Below are positions 31,189 through 41,270 of a stretch of 64,000 nucleotides of DNA, piece after piece (position 1 is the stretch's first letter; every line of letters begins with the position of its first letter). The DNA lies in contig JANPLU010000020.1 of the NCBI GenBank assembly GCA_031422435.1, forward strand, positions 1 to 64,000, given 5' to 3'. The position numbers and the translations under genes were made by a program. This DNA comes from Acaryochloridaceae cyanobacterium VAR_48_metabat_390. GTDB lineage: Bacteria > Cyanobacteriota > Cyanobacteriia > Thermosynechococcales > Thermosynechococcaceae. Under the pieces are notes generated by a model. The model had not been told where the DNA came from. It saw only the letters and a program-made list of their open reading frames with translations, and did no database searches.

Positions 31189-31613
31189 TGATCACCCTCG
31201 ATATCAGAAGTATATAAAGACCTGTAGCACAGGAACCTGTAGAACAGGGATGTAAACATTAGCTCTGATGAAACCTAAAGCTAAAGGCGTTTTGATTGAG
31301 AGCTAAGGATGTTAATCGCAGAAGCCTAGCTTGATGATCGCTATGCATTGGAGCAGGAGTTGGTAGGGCAAGCCTAGACTCAAGTATGCATAAGCTGAAA
31401 GCAGGTGCTAAGGCATGTAAATCATCATCTCAGAAATTGCGTGTTAAACCACGGAGTCAATGACTGAGTTGTGATAGCGGATTGCCTTGCGTAGGATGAG
31501 AACATCCAGTTTGAGGCTGTTTCACCAATCTCAGATCATCTCACTCTAAATGTTAAGAGACATCACGTCCCCTCGGATGTTCTGTTGAGCATTGTTCACA
31601 GTTTTTATTATTT

Positions 31614-31868
31614 ATGAACGTGATTAAGGTTTTGTTGCTGATGCTGATTCAGCTTTACCAACGGCTTATTTCGCCACTGCTGCCGCCAAGCTGTCGTTAT
31701 CAGCCCACCTGTTCAGCTTATGCCCTAGAGGCGGTTGAGCAGTACGGGGCGATCGCAGGCAGTTGGCTTGCCCTCAAGCGAATTTTGCGCTGCCACCCTT
31801 GGAGTGCAGGCGGCTACGATCCAGTTCCCCCCTGCGGCTGTTCCGATCATCCCAGGGCTAACCCGTAA
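31614..31868 (+). CDS. yidD: Membrane protein insertion efficiency factor
   Basis: [18 protein letters not shown]...[15 protein letters not shown]. Confidence 0.93.
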   Translation: MNVIKVLLLMLIQLYQRLISPLLPPSCRYQPTCSAYALEAVEQYGAIAGSWLALKRILRCHPWSAGGYDPVPPCGCSDHPRANP

Positions 31869-31958
31869 GCGGAAATATAAAAAACAGATTTATAGCTTCC
31901 CAGAGGAAGAATGTTAGTATGGGAAAGTTGTCAAAATTGATTCAGCGACAAGGTTAAA

Positions 31959-32138
31959 ATGGCTTGCCCTAAAAAGAAAACCTCAAAATCCAAGCGTGAC
32001 AAGCGTCGCGCTAACTGGAACCATCTTGGTAAAGTCCAAGCGACTAAAGCGATGTCTATGGGTAAATCTATCCTGACAGGTCGCGCTCAAGGGTTCTATT
32101 ATCCCGCTACTGACGAAACTGAAGACGAAGAATCATAA
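31959..32138 (+). CDS. rpmF: 50S ribosomal protein L32 (below the ORF-track cutoff)
   Basis: Hand translation [49 protein letters not shown]...*, 59 aa. Confidence 0.93.
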   Translation: MACPKKKTSKSKRDKRRANWNHLGKVQATKAMSMGKSILTGRAQGFYYPATDETEDEES

Positions 32139-32198
32139 GGATACTGCTCCGTCCTGGGGCTAGGGTGCAATCAAGTTCAAATTCGAGAGGGTTGAATC

Positions 32199-33197
32199 AT
32201 GGCACTGCCCCCAGCCCTAATTATTGGCACAGGCCGCTATATCTGGACTTCAATGTGGCATCTAATGATGTCTCGCTTAGCGCCCCGTTCCTCTTCGGGT
32301 GCATATCAGCGGCCTAAAAGCGAGTTTAGAGAGTGGGTGTCAGAAGAAAGCAGCAAATTCCCTCCTGCTTCTGGGCGCTACGTTTTAATTGTTGGTGAAG
32401 GATGCCCTTGGGCGCACCGAACTTTGGTAACTCGGGCGCTAAAGGGATTAGATGAGGCGATCGCCGTTGTCAAAGTTCTTCCTAACGTCAATGCAGGCGG
32501 TTGGAAGTTTGAGGAACCTTATTTAGGCTGTACTACACTGCCAGAGCTGTATCAAAAAGCGCAGCCCAAGTACAGCGGACGATCTACAGTGCCTATGCTG
32601 TGGGATAGCCAAACTGAGGTGATCGTCAATAACGAGAGCGCGGATTTGATTGTGATGCTCAACGCGCAGTTTAATGCGTGGGCGCAACATTCTAAACTCG
32701 ATCTTTATCCCGAGAACCTACGCGACAAAATTGACGTGTGGAACGACAAAATTTACGCGACGGTCAACAATGGGGTGTATCGCTGCGGTTTCGCCCAGAC
32801 CCAAGCGGCCTACGAACAAGCATGCACAGAATTGTTTCAAACCCTAGACGAACTGGATCGGGTGTTAGGCACGCAAAGGTATGTCTGCGGCGATCGCGTC
32901 ACGCTGGCAGATGTGCGATTGTTCACAACGCTATTTCGCTTTGATGCGGTGTATTTTGGTCTGTTTAAGTGTAACTTGCGCCAAATCCAGAACTATTCAA
33001 ATCTTGGCCCCTATCTACGGGATCTGTATCAGCTCCCAGACGTTGCTGCCACCTGTAGCTTAGAAGCCGTCAAAAACGATTACTACGGCAATTTATTTCC
33101 ACTCAACCCTGGACAGATTATTCCGTTAGGACCCGATGCCGACAACTTTAGCTTACCCCATCATCGGGAAGGTCTGGTTATCAAAAAACACGTCTAG
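32199..33197 (+). CDS. Glutathione S-transferase family, glutathionyl-hydroquinone reductase-like
   Basis: CPWAHR, TVPMLWD, VNNES, NNGVYRCGFA, RFDAVY. Confidence 0.9.
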   Translation: MALPPALIIGTGRYIWTSMWHLMMSRLAPRSSSGAYQRPKSEFREWVSEESSKFPPASGRYVLIVGEGCPWAHRTLVTRALKGLDEAIAVVKVLPNVNAGGWKFEEPYLGCTTLPELYQKAQPKYSGRSTVPMLWDSQTEVIVNNESADLIVMLNAQFNAWAQHSKLDLYPENLRDKIDVWNDKIYATVNNGVYRCGFAQTQAAYEQACTELFQTLDELDRVLGTQRYVCGDRVTLADVRLFTTLFRFDAVYFGLFKCNLRQIQNYSNLGPYLRDLYQLPDVAATCSLEAVKNDYYGNLFPLNPGQIIPLGPDADNFSLPHHREGLVIKKHV

Positions 33198-33433
33198 TTT
33201 AAAGAACCCGCAGATGCTAATGGGCAAAATTTGATCACAAATGAATGTGACCTAAGAAGCCAGTCGATTTTCTACCCAAATTCAGCTTTTGCTGAGGTTT
33301 TTAGCATTTTTTAACCAGGAAGCATACAGATTTCAACTGACCGTGATAGTCTGTTGAAAAAAATTGACCTTCTTTATCGATCAATCCTTTCCATTATTAA
33401 GATTTTGCCCCTCTGCCACGAGTTTAGCCATCC

Positions 33434-36400
33434 GTGTACGTTAAGCGCTTAGAGCTATCCTATTTCAAATCCTTTGGCAGCACTGCCACAATTCCGCTGC
33501 TGCCCGGATTTACCGTCATTTCAGGGCCAAATGGGTCGGGTAAGTCTAATTTATTAGACGCCATGCTGTTTGCCCTAGGTCTGACTGGCTCTAAAGGGAT
33601 GCGGGCTGAACGGCTACCGGATTTGGTTAACCAGGCTCAGCTCAAGCGCGGACACTCTAGCGTTGAAACTAAGGTGACTGTTACCTTTGATATTTCTGAC
33701 GTGCCTCCAGAAGATGGCACTCCTCTAGAAGAGCGGCCTGCTGAACGAGAATGGGAAGTCACGCGCAAGCTGCGGGTGACAAAGCAGGGCACCTATACCT
33801 CCACCTACGCCATCAATGGCGAACCCTGCACCCTTACCGATCTTCATGACCAGATGAATCGGCTGCGGATTTATCCTGAAGGCTATAACGTCGTGCTTCA
33901 GGGAGATGTGACGGGCATTATCTCGATGAATGCCCGTCAGCGCCGCGAAATTATTGATGAACTGGCGGGGGTTGCCAATTTTGACCGCAAAATCAACCAG
34001 GCTAAAGAAAAGCTGGATGCCGTTAAAGACCAAGAAGACCGCTTTCGGATTGTGGAGCAGGAGCTGAAAGAGCAGTGCAATCGCCTCGATAAAGATCGCG
34101 TTAAAGCCCAAAAGTACCAGCTCCTTCGCGCCGAATTTAACGAAAAATCTACCTGGGAAAATGTCTTAGCCTATCGTCAGCTTCAGCAGCAGACTGAGAA
34201 ATTGCAGCAGCAAATCCAGGCCGAAGCCCAGCAGCAGACTGCGATTGAGGGACAGCTTGGGGCGATCGCCCTTGAGATTCAGACGCTATCGGCAACTTTG
34301 GCAGAGCTGAATGCTCAGGTCAAGGCATTAGGTGAAGATGAGCAGCTAGCGGTACAGGCGGCGATCGCCACTCAAGATGCAGAACTGCGCCAGCTCGAGC
34401 GCCAGCAGGCAGAACTTAAGGCAACCCAGCAGGTGGCAACAGAGCGAGGACAGCAACTTCAGCGGCAGCTTGCCGAGGAGCAGATGCAGCTTGCCACCCT
34501 CACCCAGCAGCGTCAAGGTTTAGAAGCTGAAACGCTAAAAGGGCTGACCCAGCAGCGAGATCAGGCGCAGGCAGACCTAGAGCAGATTCGGGAACAGTCG
34601 AGGGTGATCGCCAATTCTGCCGATGCCTGGGTGCAGGAGCAGGCCAAGCTCCGTCAGCAAATGGAGACATTGCTGAGTACCCTAGACCCCAAGCGCTCAG
34701 AATTTGCCCAACTGCGAGAGCGGGTTGAGCAGTTAGGCCGTCAGTGCGAACAGCAAACCGAAGAAAGCCAAACCCTCGCCCAAACCATTGCCGAGAAGCA
34801 GATCCAGCTCACCGAATCACAAGCTGAGCTTGAAACCCATCAGCTTTCAGTTCAAACCTTAGCCACCGCCCTCGCCACCGCCGATGAAAGCGTCCGCACC
34901 GAGCAGGACACCCAGACCCGTCTCCAGCGCGAACAGCGCGAAAAACAGCGGCAGCTCGATCAGCTTGAGGCCAAAGAAGAAGCCCAACAGGAAGCTCAAG
35001 GCACTTTTGCCACCAAAATTTTACTCAAATCGAACCTCTCTGGCGTTTACGGCTTAGTTGCTAACCTCGGTCGCGTGGAACCCCAGTACCAAATTGCCCT
35101 AGAAACCGCCGCCGGAGCGCGGATGGGGCATTTGGTTGTAGATAACGATGAAGTTGCCGCCGCTGGCATTGAGCTACTGAAGCGAGAACGGGCAGGACGC
35201 GCCACGTTTTTGCCTCTCAACAAGCTGCGATCAGGGCAAGATTTGCCAAACCTTAAGGTTGAAGGGGCGCTCAACTACGCGGTTTACCTCATCGACTTCG
35301 ACCCCAAGTACGATGCCGTCTTTGCCTATGTCTTCGGCAATACCGTAGTGTTTGAAACCCTAAGCGCGGCACGGCGCTACATTGGACGCTATCGCATTGT
35401 TACCCTAGATGGCGAGCTGCTAGAGCCAACTGGAGCCATGACAGGGGGGAGTCGCTCTAATCAGCAAACCCTTCACTTTGGCAATGCTGAGGCGGGAGAA
35501 TCCGCTGAGATTTTGGCGTTGCGTCAGCGTCTGGGTGAAATTGAGCAAATGTTGAGTCGCATTGAGGCGCGGTTAGGTCAGCATCAGCAGTCTCTCGCCA
35601 CCGAAACCCAGGCGCTAACCGCCGCGCGTCAGCAGCACCGAGATGTACAGTTTCAGGTAGAACAGTTGACCAAAGAGCTTCAGGGCTTAACCCAGCGCCG
35701 TGACTCCTTATTTCAGCAGCTTGCCGCTAGTACCCAAGAGCTATCCTCCGCAAGCACCCGTCTGCAAACCCTAGAAGCAGAACTACCGCAGCAAGAGGCA
35801 GAACTGGCGGGGCTGAGAACGGCGATCGCCACCCAAGAGCAGTCCCAAACCCACGGCGAATGGCAGCGCCTTCAGGCTCAAATCCAAGCTCAAGAAACCC
35901 TTCTCAATGCGCGCGAAGCAGACCTTCGAAGGGCACAGCAGCAGCTTCAGGCACTGGATGTGCAACTGCTAAGGCTTCAAGAAAAACAGCAGCAGAATCA
36001 AACCGAGGTGGAGCGTGGGCAGCAGCAGATTAGCGCCGTTCAACAGCAAGAAGCCGCTAACCTACAACAGCAGCAGCAGATTAGCACTGCGATCACCGAG
36101 ATGCGGGTGGAGCTTCAGCGGCTAGAAGCACATCTAGGAGAAGCAAAGCAAAACCGCGACAATGCCGAACAGCAGCTCCGCGCCCGTGCCACCAATCAAC
36201 AAGAAATGACCTGGCAGATCCAGAAGTTGCAAGAAACCCAACAGCAGCAGACAGAGCAAATCGCACAACTACAAACCCAACTTCAAGAAAAAGCCCAAGA
36301 GCTGCCAACCCCCCGCCCCGAACTACCAGAAGGGTTGACACTAGAGGTATTACGGGAAGAACTGCGATCTTTACAGCGACGCATCCAGGCCATGGAGCCA

Positions 36401-36991
36401 GTCAACATGCTGGCGATCGAGGAATATGATCGCACCATGGCTCGCCTCGAAGAACTGGTGCAAAAGCTTACTACCCTTGAAGATGAGCGCACGGAACTGC
36501 TGCTGAGAATTGAGAACTTCACGACGCTGCGGCGGAATTCTTTCCGAGAAGCCTTTGATGTCGTCAACGACAGTTTTCAGTCTATTTTTGCGGGGCTATC
36601 GGATGGGGACGGCTATCTGGAGTTAGAGGATCCTGAAGATCCGTTCCGAGGAGGGCTGAACTTGGTAGCTCATCCGAAGGGCAAGCAGGTACAGCGGTTG
36701 GCCTCTATGTCGGGGGGTGAAAAATCTCTTACAGCGCTCAGCTTTATTTTTGCGCTTCAACGCTATCGTCCTTCTCCCTTTTACGCTTTGGATGAAGTGG
36801 ATAGTTTTTTAGATGGGGTAAATGTGGAGCGCTTAGCCAAAACTATTCGTCAGCAAACCGAGGGCGCTCAATTTATTGTGGTCAGCCACCGTCGCCCCAT
36901 GATTGAGGCTGCAGACCGCACCATTGGCGTGACCCAGGCACGCGGCACTCATACCCAAGTGATTGGGATGCAGCTTCGACCTCCCGGCTAA
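33434..36991 (+). CDS. smc: Chromosome segregation protein SMC
   Basis: GPNGSGKSN, long coiled coils, hinge GRATFLPL, MSGGEKSL, LDEVD. Confidence 0.97.
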   Translation: MYVKRLELSYFKSFGSTATIPLLPGFTVISGPNGSGKSNLLDAMLFALGLTGSKGMRAERLPDLVNQAQLKRGHSSVETKVTVTFDISDVPPEDGTPLEERPAEREWEVTRKLRVTKQGTYTSTYAINGEPCTLTDLHDQMNRLRIYPEGYNVVLQGDVTGIISMNARQRREIIDELAGVANFDRKINQAKEKLDAVKDQEDRFRIVEQELKEQCNRLDKDRVKAQKYQLLRAEFNEKSTWENVLAYRQLQQQTEKLQQQIQAEAQQQTAIEGQLGAIALEIQTLSATLAELNAQVKALGEDEQLAVQAAIATQDAELRQLERQQAELKATQQVATERGQQLQRQLAEEQMQLATLTQQRQGLEAETLKGLTQQRDQAQADLEQIREQSRVIANSADAWVQEQAKLRQQMETLLSTLDPKRSEFAQLRERVEQLGRQCEQQTEESQTLAQTIAEKQIQLTESQAELETHQLSVQTLATALATADESVRTEQDTQTRLQREQREKQRQLDQLEAKEEAQQEAQGTFATKILLKSNLSGVYGLVANLGRVEPQYQIALETAAGARMGHLVVDNDEVAAAGIELLKRERAGRATFLPLNKLRSGQDLPNLKVEGALNYAVYLIDFDPKYDAVFAYVFGNTVVFETLSAARRYIGRYRIVTLDGELLEPTGAMTGGSRSNQQTLHFGNAEAGESAEILALRQRLGEIEQMLSRIEARLGQHQQSLATETQALTAARQQHRDVQFQVEQLTKELQGLTQRRDSLFQQLAASTQELSSASTRLQTLEAELPQQEAELAGLRTAIATQEQSQTHGEWQRLQAQIQAQETLLNAREADLRRAQQQLQALDVQLLRLQEKQQQNQTEVERGQQQISAVQQQEAANLQQQQQISTAITEMRVELQRLEAHLGEAKQNRDNAEQQLRARATNQQEMTWQIQKLQETQQQQTEQIAQLQTQLQEKAQELPTPRPELPEGLTLEVLREELRSLQRRIQAMEPVNMLAIEEYDRTMARLEELVQKLTTLEDERTELLLRIENFTTLRRNSFREAFDVVNDSFQSIFAGLSDGDGYLELEDPEDPFRGGLNLVAHPKGKQVQRLASMSGGEKSLTALSFIFALQRYRPSPFYALDEVDSFLDGVNVERLAKTIRQQTEGAQFIVVSHRRPMIEAADRTIGVTQARGTHTQVIGMQLRPPG

Positions 36992-37026
36992 TTTTGACTC
37001 TCTATAGTTGATAAAGACCATACGCT

Positions 37027-37488
37027 TTGACAAAGACTCTATATTTAGCCAACCCTTACGGCTTTTCAAAACAGCAGCGATCCTTATTGTTGCCCCCAAT
37101 TATTCAATCGTTACAGAAACTAGGAGTCCAGGTATGGGAGCCTTTTGAGCGCAATAATCAAATTGACCTTTCTCAAGCGGGGTGGGCTTATGAGGTTGCT
37201 CAAGCAGACTGTCAAGATGTTGTGGCTTGTGATGGCATATTTGCCATCGTCAATGGCACCCCGCCCGATGAAGGCGTAATGGTGGAATTAGGCATGGCGA
37301 TCGCCCTCCACAAGGCCATCTTTTTGTTTCGAGATGACTTCCGTCGCTGCACTGACAGCGAAGAATACCCCCTGAACCTGATGGTTTTTGCAGGGCTTCC
37401 TCAAGACACATGGCAAGATTTCTTTTACACCTCCGTAGAAGAAATCAGCTCACCCCAAAAAGCGCTCTTTTCTTGGGCTGATGGTTAA
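37027..37488 (+). CDS. Nucleoside 2-deoxyribosyltransferase family protein
   Basis: YLANPYGF, D.GVMVELGMA, YPLNLM. Confidence 0.85.
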   Translation: MTKTLYLANPYGFSKQQRSLLLPPIIQSLQKLGVQVWEPFERNNQIDLSQAGWAYEVAQADCQDVVACDGIFAIVNGTPPDEGVMVELGMAIALHKAIFLFRDDFRRCTDSEEYPLNLMVFAGLPQDTWQDFFYTSVEEISSPQKALFSWADG

Positions 37489-37509
37489 CTTTTCCTGGCT
37501 CTGACGCCT

Positions 37510-38751
37510 TCACGCGGCACCGCCGCCATCATCGGCTTTATCCAAAACGCTCAGCACCGCCTTCGGTAAAAGCTTATCCTTGAACCAGACCAATGGAGCA
37601 GGCGTATCTCTAAAATCAACCCCCGCCTTTTCAAGGTTTAGTCGCTCCGAGATCGCAAGAATCAAATCGCTACGCCCAGCCTGACGCACCTGAGAAAACT
37701 TTTTCTTAAGGTACTCCGGTCGCCAATAGCCCACAATCTCTAACAGCGCCGTTCGCCCATCAGGATGTACCAAACGAAAATCTGGAATCACTACGCTTCC
37801 AGGAATTGGAATTAAATCCACTTCTCGCTCTAGCTGCCATTCCGTCTTCGTCTTTGCCCATCGCTCAGCAAAGCCTGCCTCAATGAGGCTATCAAACGCT
37901 TTGCCTGGTGGGTAGTGGCTCACCAATCCGCAATCGGTATCTAGAGTAAAGCGACGCAGATTAGTGGTGCCCGTATAGGAATCTTCTACTTTTAGGGTTG
38001 CGGTCAAACTCCACTTGGTGACGTGCAGCAGCGCAGGTAAAAGTTTCGCCAAGGCAAGGCCATAGCGGGTACTTGTCTGAAACAGGCTGGCAGGGCCATC
38101 AATGGTGAGGGTAAACCCGTGTTCCGCATCGCCCTCAATGTAGGTCATGAGGCCAAAGAGCTTCAGATACCGAAACAGCAGCTTATATTCTCCAGGATCG
38201 TTACGGTGGGCGTTGATTACAATATCGCTGGCACGATAAAATACGCCCTGCACTTGAGACAAGTTGTAGCGGTGCAGTAATGCTTCAGGGGTGGGTTCTT
38301 CAAACTGAGTCAGAATTTGATTTTCGTTGAGGTCAGCGTATAGCCCTTGAGTAAGCTGTATGGGCAAAATCTCTTGCCCTAATTCTTGGGTGAGCTGTTG
38401 CGCTAAGGTTTGTAGCGTTTGGGCTGCGCGCAATGGTGTAGGGGCTTGCTGAGCTGAGAGGCTAAACGCCCTCTGACGCAGTAGCTGCGGATCTAAAGGG
38501 CTGCGGGTTTCAAAGGTGCTGTAGTTTTGAGCTAATAGGTGGGCTAAACCACGCTTCGTTCGGTAGTCGGTATCTTCGCCCTCTAGCTCCAGTAGCTGAC
38601 GGTTTACTTCGCCCCGTGTAGTGCCCTGGGCATCGCGGAAGAGCGTGATGAGTTCTGTGGCAATAACGCCATACCCTTGCTCTAATGGCAGTCGTTTGGG
38701 AATCAGCGTTTCGCCGCTATGGCGATGCATGAGAAGATCGCTTGGCAGCAT
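37510..38751 (-). CDS. DUF790 (Bax1-like) predicted endonuclease
   Basis: Start MLPSDLL; LYADL, IDGPASLF..TRYG, IPDF...LEIVGYW..YL.KK. Confidence 0.87.
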   Translation of the reverse strand: MLPSDLLMHRHSGETLIPKRLPLEQGYGVIATELITLFRDAQGTTRGEVNRQLLELEGEDTDYRTKRGLAHLLAQNYSTFETRSPLDPQLLRQRAFSLSAQQAPTPLRAAQTLQTLAQQLTQELGQEILPIQLTQGLYADLNENQILTQFEEPTPEALLHRYNLSQVQGVFYRASDIVINAHRNDPGEYKLLFRYLKLFGLMTYIEGDAEHGFTLTIDGPASLFQTSTRYGLALAKLLPALLHVTKWSLTATLKVEDSYTGTTNLRRFTLDTDCGLVSHYPPGKAFDSLIEAGFAERWAKTKTEWQLEREVDLIPIPGSVVIPDFRLVHPDGRTALLEIVGYWRPEYLKKKFSQVRQAGRSDLILAISERLNLEKAGVDFRDTPAPLVWFKDKLLPKAVLSVLDKADDGGGAA

Positions 38752-38753
38752 GA

Positions 38754-39419
38754 TTAAGCGTTTACCTGCTGCCGCACCCATTGCCGGAAGTCGATTTCTG
38801 CGGCAACTTCATCCAATAACGCCGCTTCAAGAAATTGGTATAGATCTGTTTTTTCAATGAGAGGAAAGGTGGGAGGGCGATCGCACTCTACATACGTCCC
38901 GTCTACTAACTGCAAAATCTTCCACACGCGACCGTTAAAGCGCCAAAACTCCTGCACGCCCATGCTGGCGTAGAGCGTGTTTTTATTGAGATCTGTGTTG
39001 GTAATGTCTACTTCTACAACCAAATCAGGTGCTGGATCGACGTTTAGGTTCACTTCGTGACTGGCAACCAAAGCGTAGTTTTGGATGTAGTACCCATTGT
39101 CTGGCTCAGCACTTTTGAGTAAATCTTCACGGTCTAACGTGGTCGATCCCATCGTCTTGACCTTCATACCTAGTTCCATAACAAGAATCAAGATAAATCG
39201 CTCAATCAGTCTTGCTGAGCGTTCGTGTCCTTCTAGGGGCATGGTAATTTCCAGCACTCCGTTGTCATAGGTGAAGCGGGCGCGGGTGCGCTCCGTTAGC
39301 AAACTTTGAATTTGTTTAAAGGCGTGCCAATCTAGATTGCGAAAGGTTAGACGCTTCTCACCGACAAGCTTGGGAGGGGACTCTATCAACATCTCAATCA
39401 CCGCAATGACAGGAAGCAT
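38754..39419 (-). CDS. Uma2 family endonuclease
   Basis: TYDNGVLEITMPL..HE, EPDNGYY, PDLVVEVDIT, GVQEFWRFNG. Confidence 0.9.
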   Translation of the reverse strand: MLPVIAVIEMLIESPPKLVGEKRLTFRNLDWHAFKQIQSLLTERTRARFTYDNGVLEITMPLEGHERSARLIERFILILVMELGMKVKTMGSTTLDREDLLKSAEPDNGYYIQNYALVASHEVNLNVDPAPDLVVEVDITNTDLNKNTLYASMGVQEFWRFNGRVWKILQLVDGTYVECDRPPTFPLIEKTDLYQFLEAALLDEVAAEIDFRQWVRQQVNA

Positions 39420-39469
39420 TTACTGTGTAGGCTTAATTATAAGAACATCGTGATTAAGTAAACTCTCTT

Positions 39470-39667
39470 TTGCCGAGCAACATGCTTCTAAATTTACCGC
39501 TAATGCCCCTTGGCATCGGCTTAATGACCTTGCACTGCATCATTGGGGTTATGGCGGCGATCGTCGCCCAGCAGCGTGGCTTAAGTTTTCGTCGCTGGAT
39601 TTGGATTGGGTTGTTAGGCGGCACTATTGCTCTTATTGCAGCACTGCGAACTCCTTCTAAACCTTAA
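39470..39667 (+). CDS. Small membrane hypothetical protein
   Basis: Two hydrophobic segments, LHCIIGVMAAIVAQQRG...WIGLLGGT. Confidence 0.65.
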   Translation: MPSNMLLNLPLMPLGIGLMTLHCIIGVMAAIVAQQRGLSFRRWIWIGLLGGTIALIAALRTPSKP

Positions 39668-39671
39668 TTTT

Positions 39672-40199
39672 TTAGGCTTGCACGGCGTAGCCCAAAATCA
39701 GCAAATCTTTTTGCGCCCCGTCCAGTACTGCAACCCCTGGTAAGCCGCCCCAACACTCAAAACCTTGCTTCTCAAAGAGCGCAAGGCTAGGGGTGTTATG
39801 CCCAAAAATAAAGGCCAGCAGTCGATTTACCTTGAGGTGCGGGGCATGGGCGATCGCCTCTTTCAGCAAATATGTCCCCAACCCAGACCGACGCACAGAT
39901 TCCTCCACATACAGACTTAGCTCTGCTGTGTGGCAGTAGGCCGGACGACCATAAAAGCTGGAAAAACTGAGCCAGGCTATCACCTGAGCGTTGGCTTCAA
40001 CCACCCATAACGGACGAGATTCCGGTGGATGGTCATAAAACCACTGAATTCGGCTTTCCACAGTAATGGGATCAAGGTCTGCCGTGACCTGCCGCGAGGA
40101 AACCGTCGCATTATAAATTTCAACAATGCGGGGGAGATCGGCAAAGGTGGCTAAACGGTGCGATCGAGACGATAAAACGCTGTGCATAACCGCTTGCAA
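39672..40199 (-). CDS. GNAT N-acetyltransferase (phosphinothricin/YncA-like)
   Basis: IYNATV..RQVTAD, FYGRPAY..TAELSLY, RRSGLG, HNTPSL. Confidence 0.88.
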   Translation of the reverse strand: MQAVMHSVLSSRSHRLATFADLPRIVEIYNATVSSRQVTADLDPITVESRIQWFYDHPPESRPLWVVEANAQVIAWLSFSSFYGRPAYCHTAELSLYVEESVRRSGLGTYLLKEAIAHAPHLKVNRLLAFIFGHNTPSLALFEKQGFECWGGLPGVAVLDGAQKDLLILGYAVQA

Positions 40200-40363
40200 C
40201 CTTGACGAGTATTAGGTTTCCTCCCGATTATAGAAGTACTTTATCTTTTGGGTTAAACGCTACTCACCTTAGAAGCAGTCGCTTAATGGCAGACCTAAGA
40301 TTACACCCTTCGACTTCGCTTAGAGCGCAATCTCAGACGGTACGACCTTTGCTACAAAGCGCC

Positions 40364-40723
40364 TTAATGAACCACTAAACCTTCAAAAAAAGTAAGCGGC
40401 CCAAATTCTAAATCATGAATCGTTAGCTCATCTTCATAAATGGTGAGTTTTCGAGGCTGGCATAGATGAGTGCGAACAGACACAATGTGTGCGCCTTCAT
40501 CTATTAGATCTTCTAAGTACCCATCTTGAGCCGCAGTAGCAAGGGATGGATTTTCAAACGGGCCAAAGTAATAAATACAGCTTGGATGAGCGGTAAAAAC
40601 CTCAACCCACCAGCTAAATCTTAGGGCAACATAGTTTGGGTCAATGGGGCAACTCATAATCATAACTCCTGAGATAAGGGAGAAGACGTTCAACGTCCGT
40701 CTGGTCTCGATCTCACTCCTCAT
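40364..40723 (-). CDS. DUF1816 family protein (start uncertain)
   Basis: WWVEVFTAHPSCIYYFGPF...GYLEDLIDEGA...CQPRKLTI. Confidence 0.85.
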   Translation of the reverse strand: MRSEIETRRTLNVFSLISGVMIMSCPIDPNYVALRFSWWVEVFTAHPSCIYYFGPFENPSLATAAQDGYLEDLIDEGAHIVSVRTHLCQPRKLTIYEDELTIHDLEFGPLTFFEGLVVH

Positions 40724-40895
40724 CTACATTGGTCAACTACACACACGAGTGAACCAATGGGTTTCAACAGGTCTGAACTGCCGATTAATACTCCAGCCCA
40801 GCAACAGCTTTGCTTGTCTTTCTACCAAGCTACACAAAGAAAGTGAGGAAACGAGAAATGCAGCAAATGTTTTAAGACGACAGCCTCGAGCAGCG

Positions 40896-41270
40896 CTACC
40901 AATTCAACATCTGAGCAACATGATGGGCTAACTTAAGCGGGTCAAAAGGTTTAGCTAACACACCCGCAATATCTAGTTGGGCATATTCGTTTTGATAGGA
41001 AGACTGCATTTTTGCAGTGAGTAAAATTACTGAAATATCTTGAGTTTTAGGGTTTGCTCTAAGCTGGCGTAAAACTGTGAGTCCGTCTAAATCTGGCATC
41101 ATCACATCTAGCAAAATCGCATCTGGCAGAAACGCTTCAGCATGGCGCAAACCCTCCGCCCCTGATGCCGCTGTGAGAACCTTCCATCTCCCCAGCTTTT
41201 GCAGACAGATTTTAATGACTGAAACCAGATTTTCTTCATCATCAATCAACAGAATTTGTTTAGAGGGCAT
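40896..41270 (-). CDS. Single-domain response regulator (receiver only)
   Basis: LLIDDE, LLDVMMPDLDG, LLTAK, KPFDP. Confidence 0.93.
   Translation of the reverse strand: MPSKQILLIDDEENLVSVIKICLQKLGRWKVLTAASGAEGLRHAEAFLPDAILLDVMMPDLDGLTVLRQLRANPKTQDISVILLTAKMQSSYQNEYAQLDIAGVLAKPFDPLKLAHHVAQMLNW

Noticed and set aside
34100..36500. CAG-rich quasi-repeats
   Set aside because: Explained by Gln-rich coiled coils of SMC.
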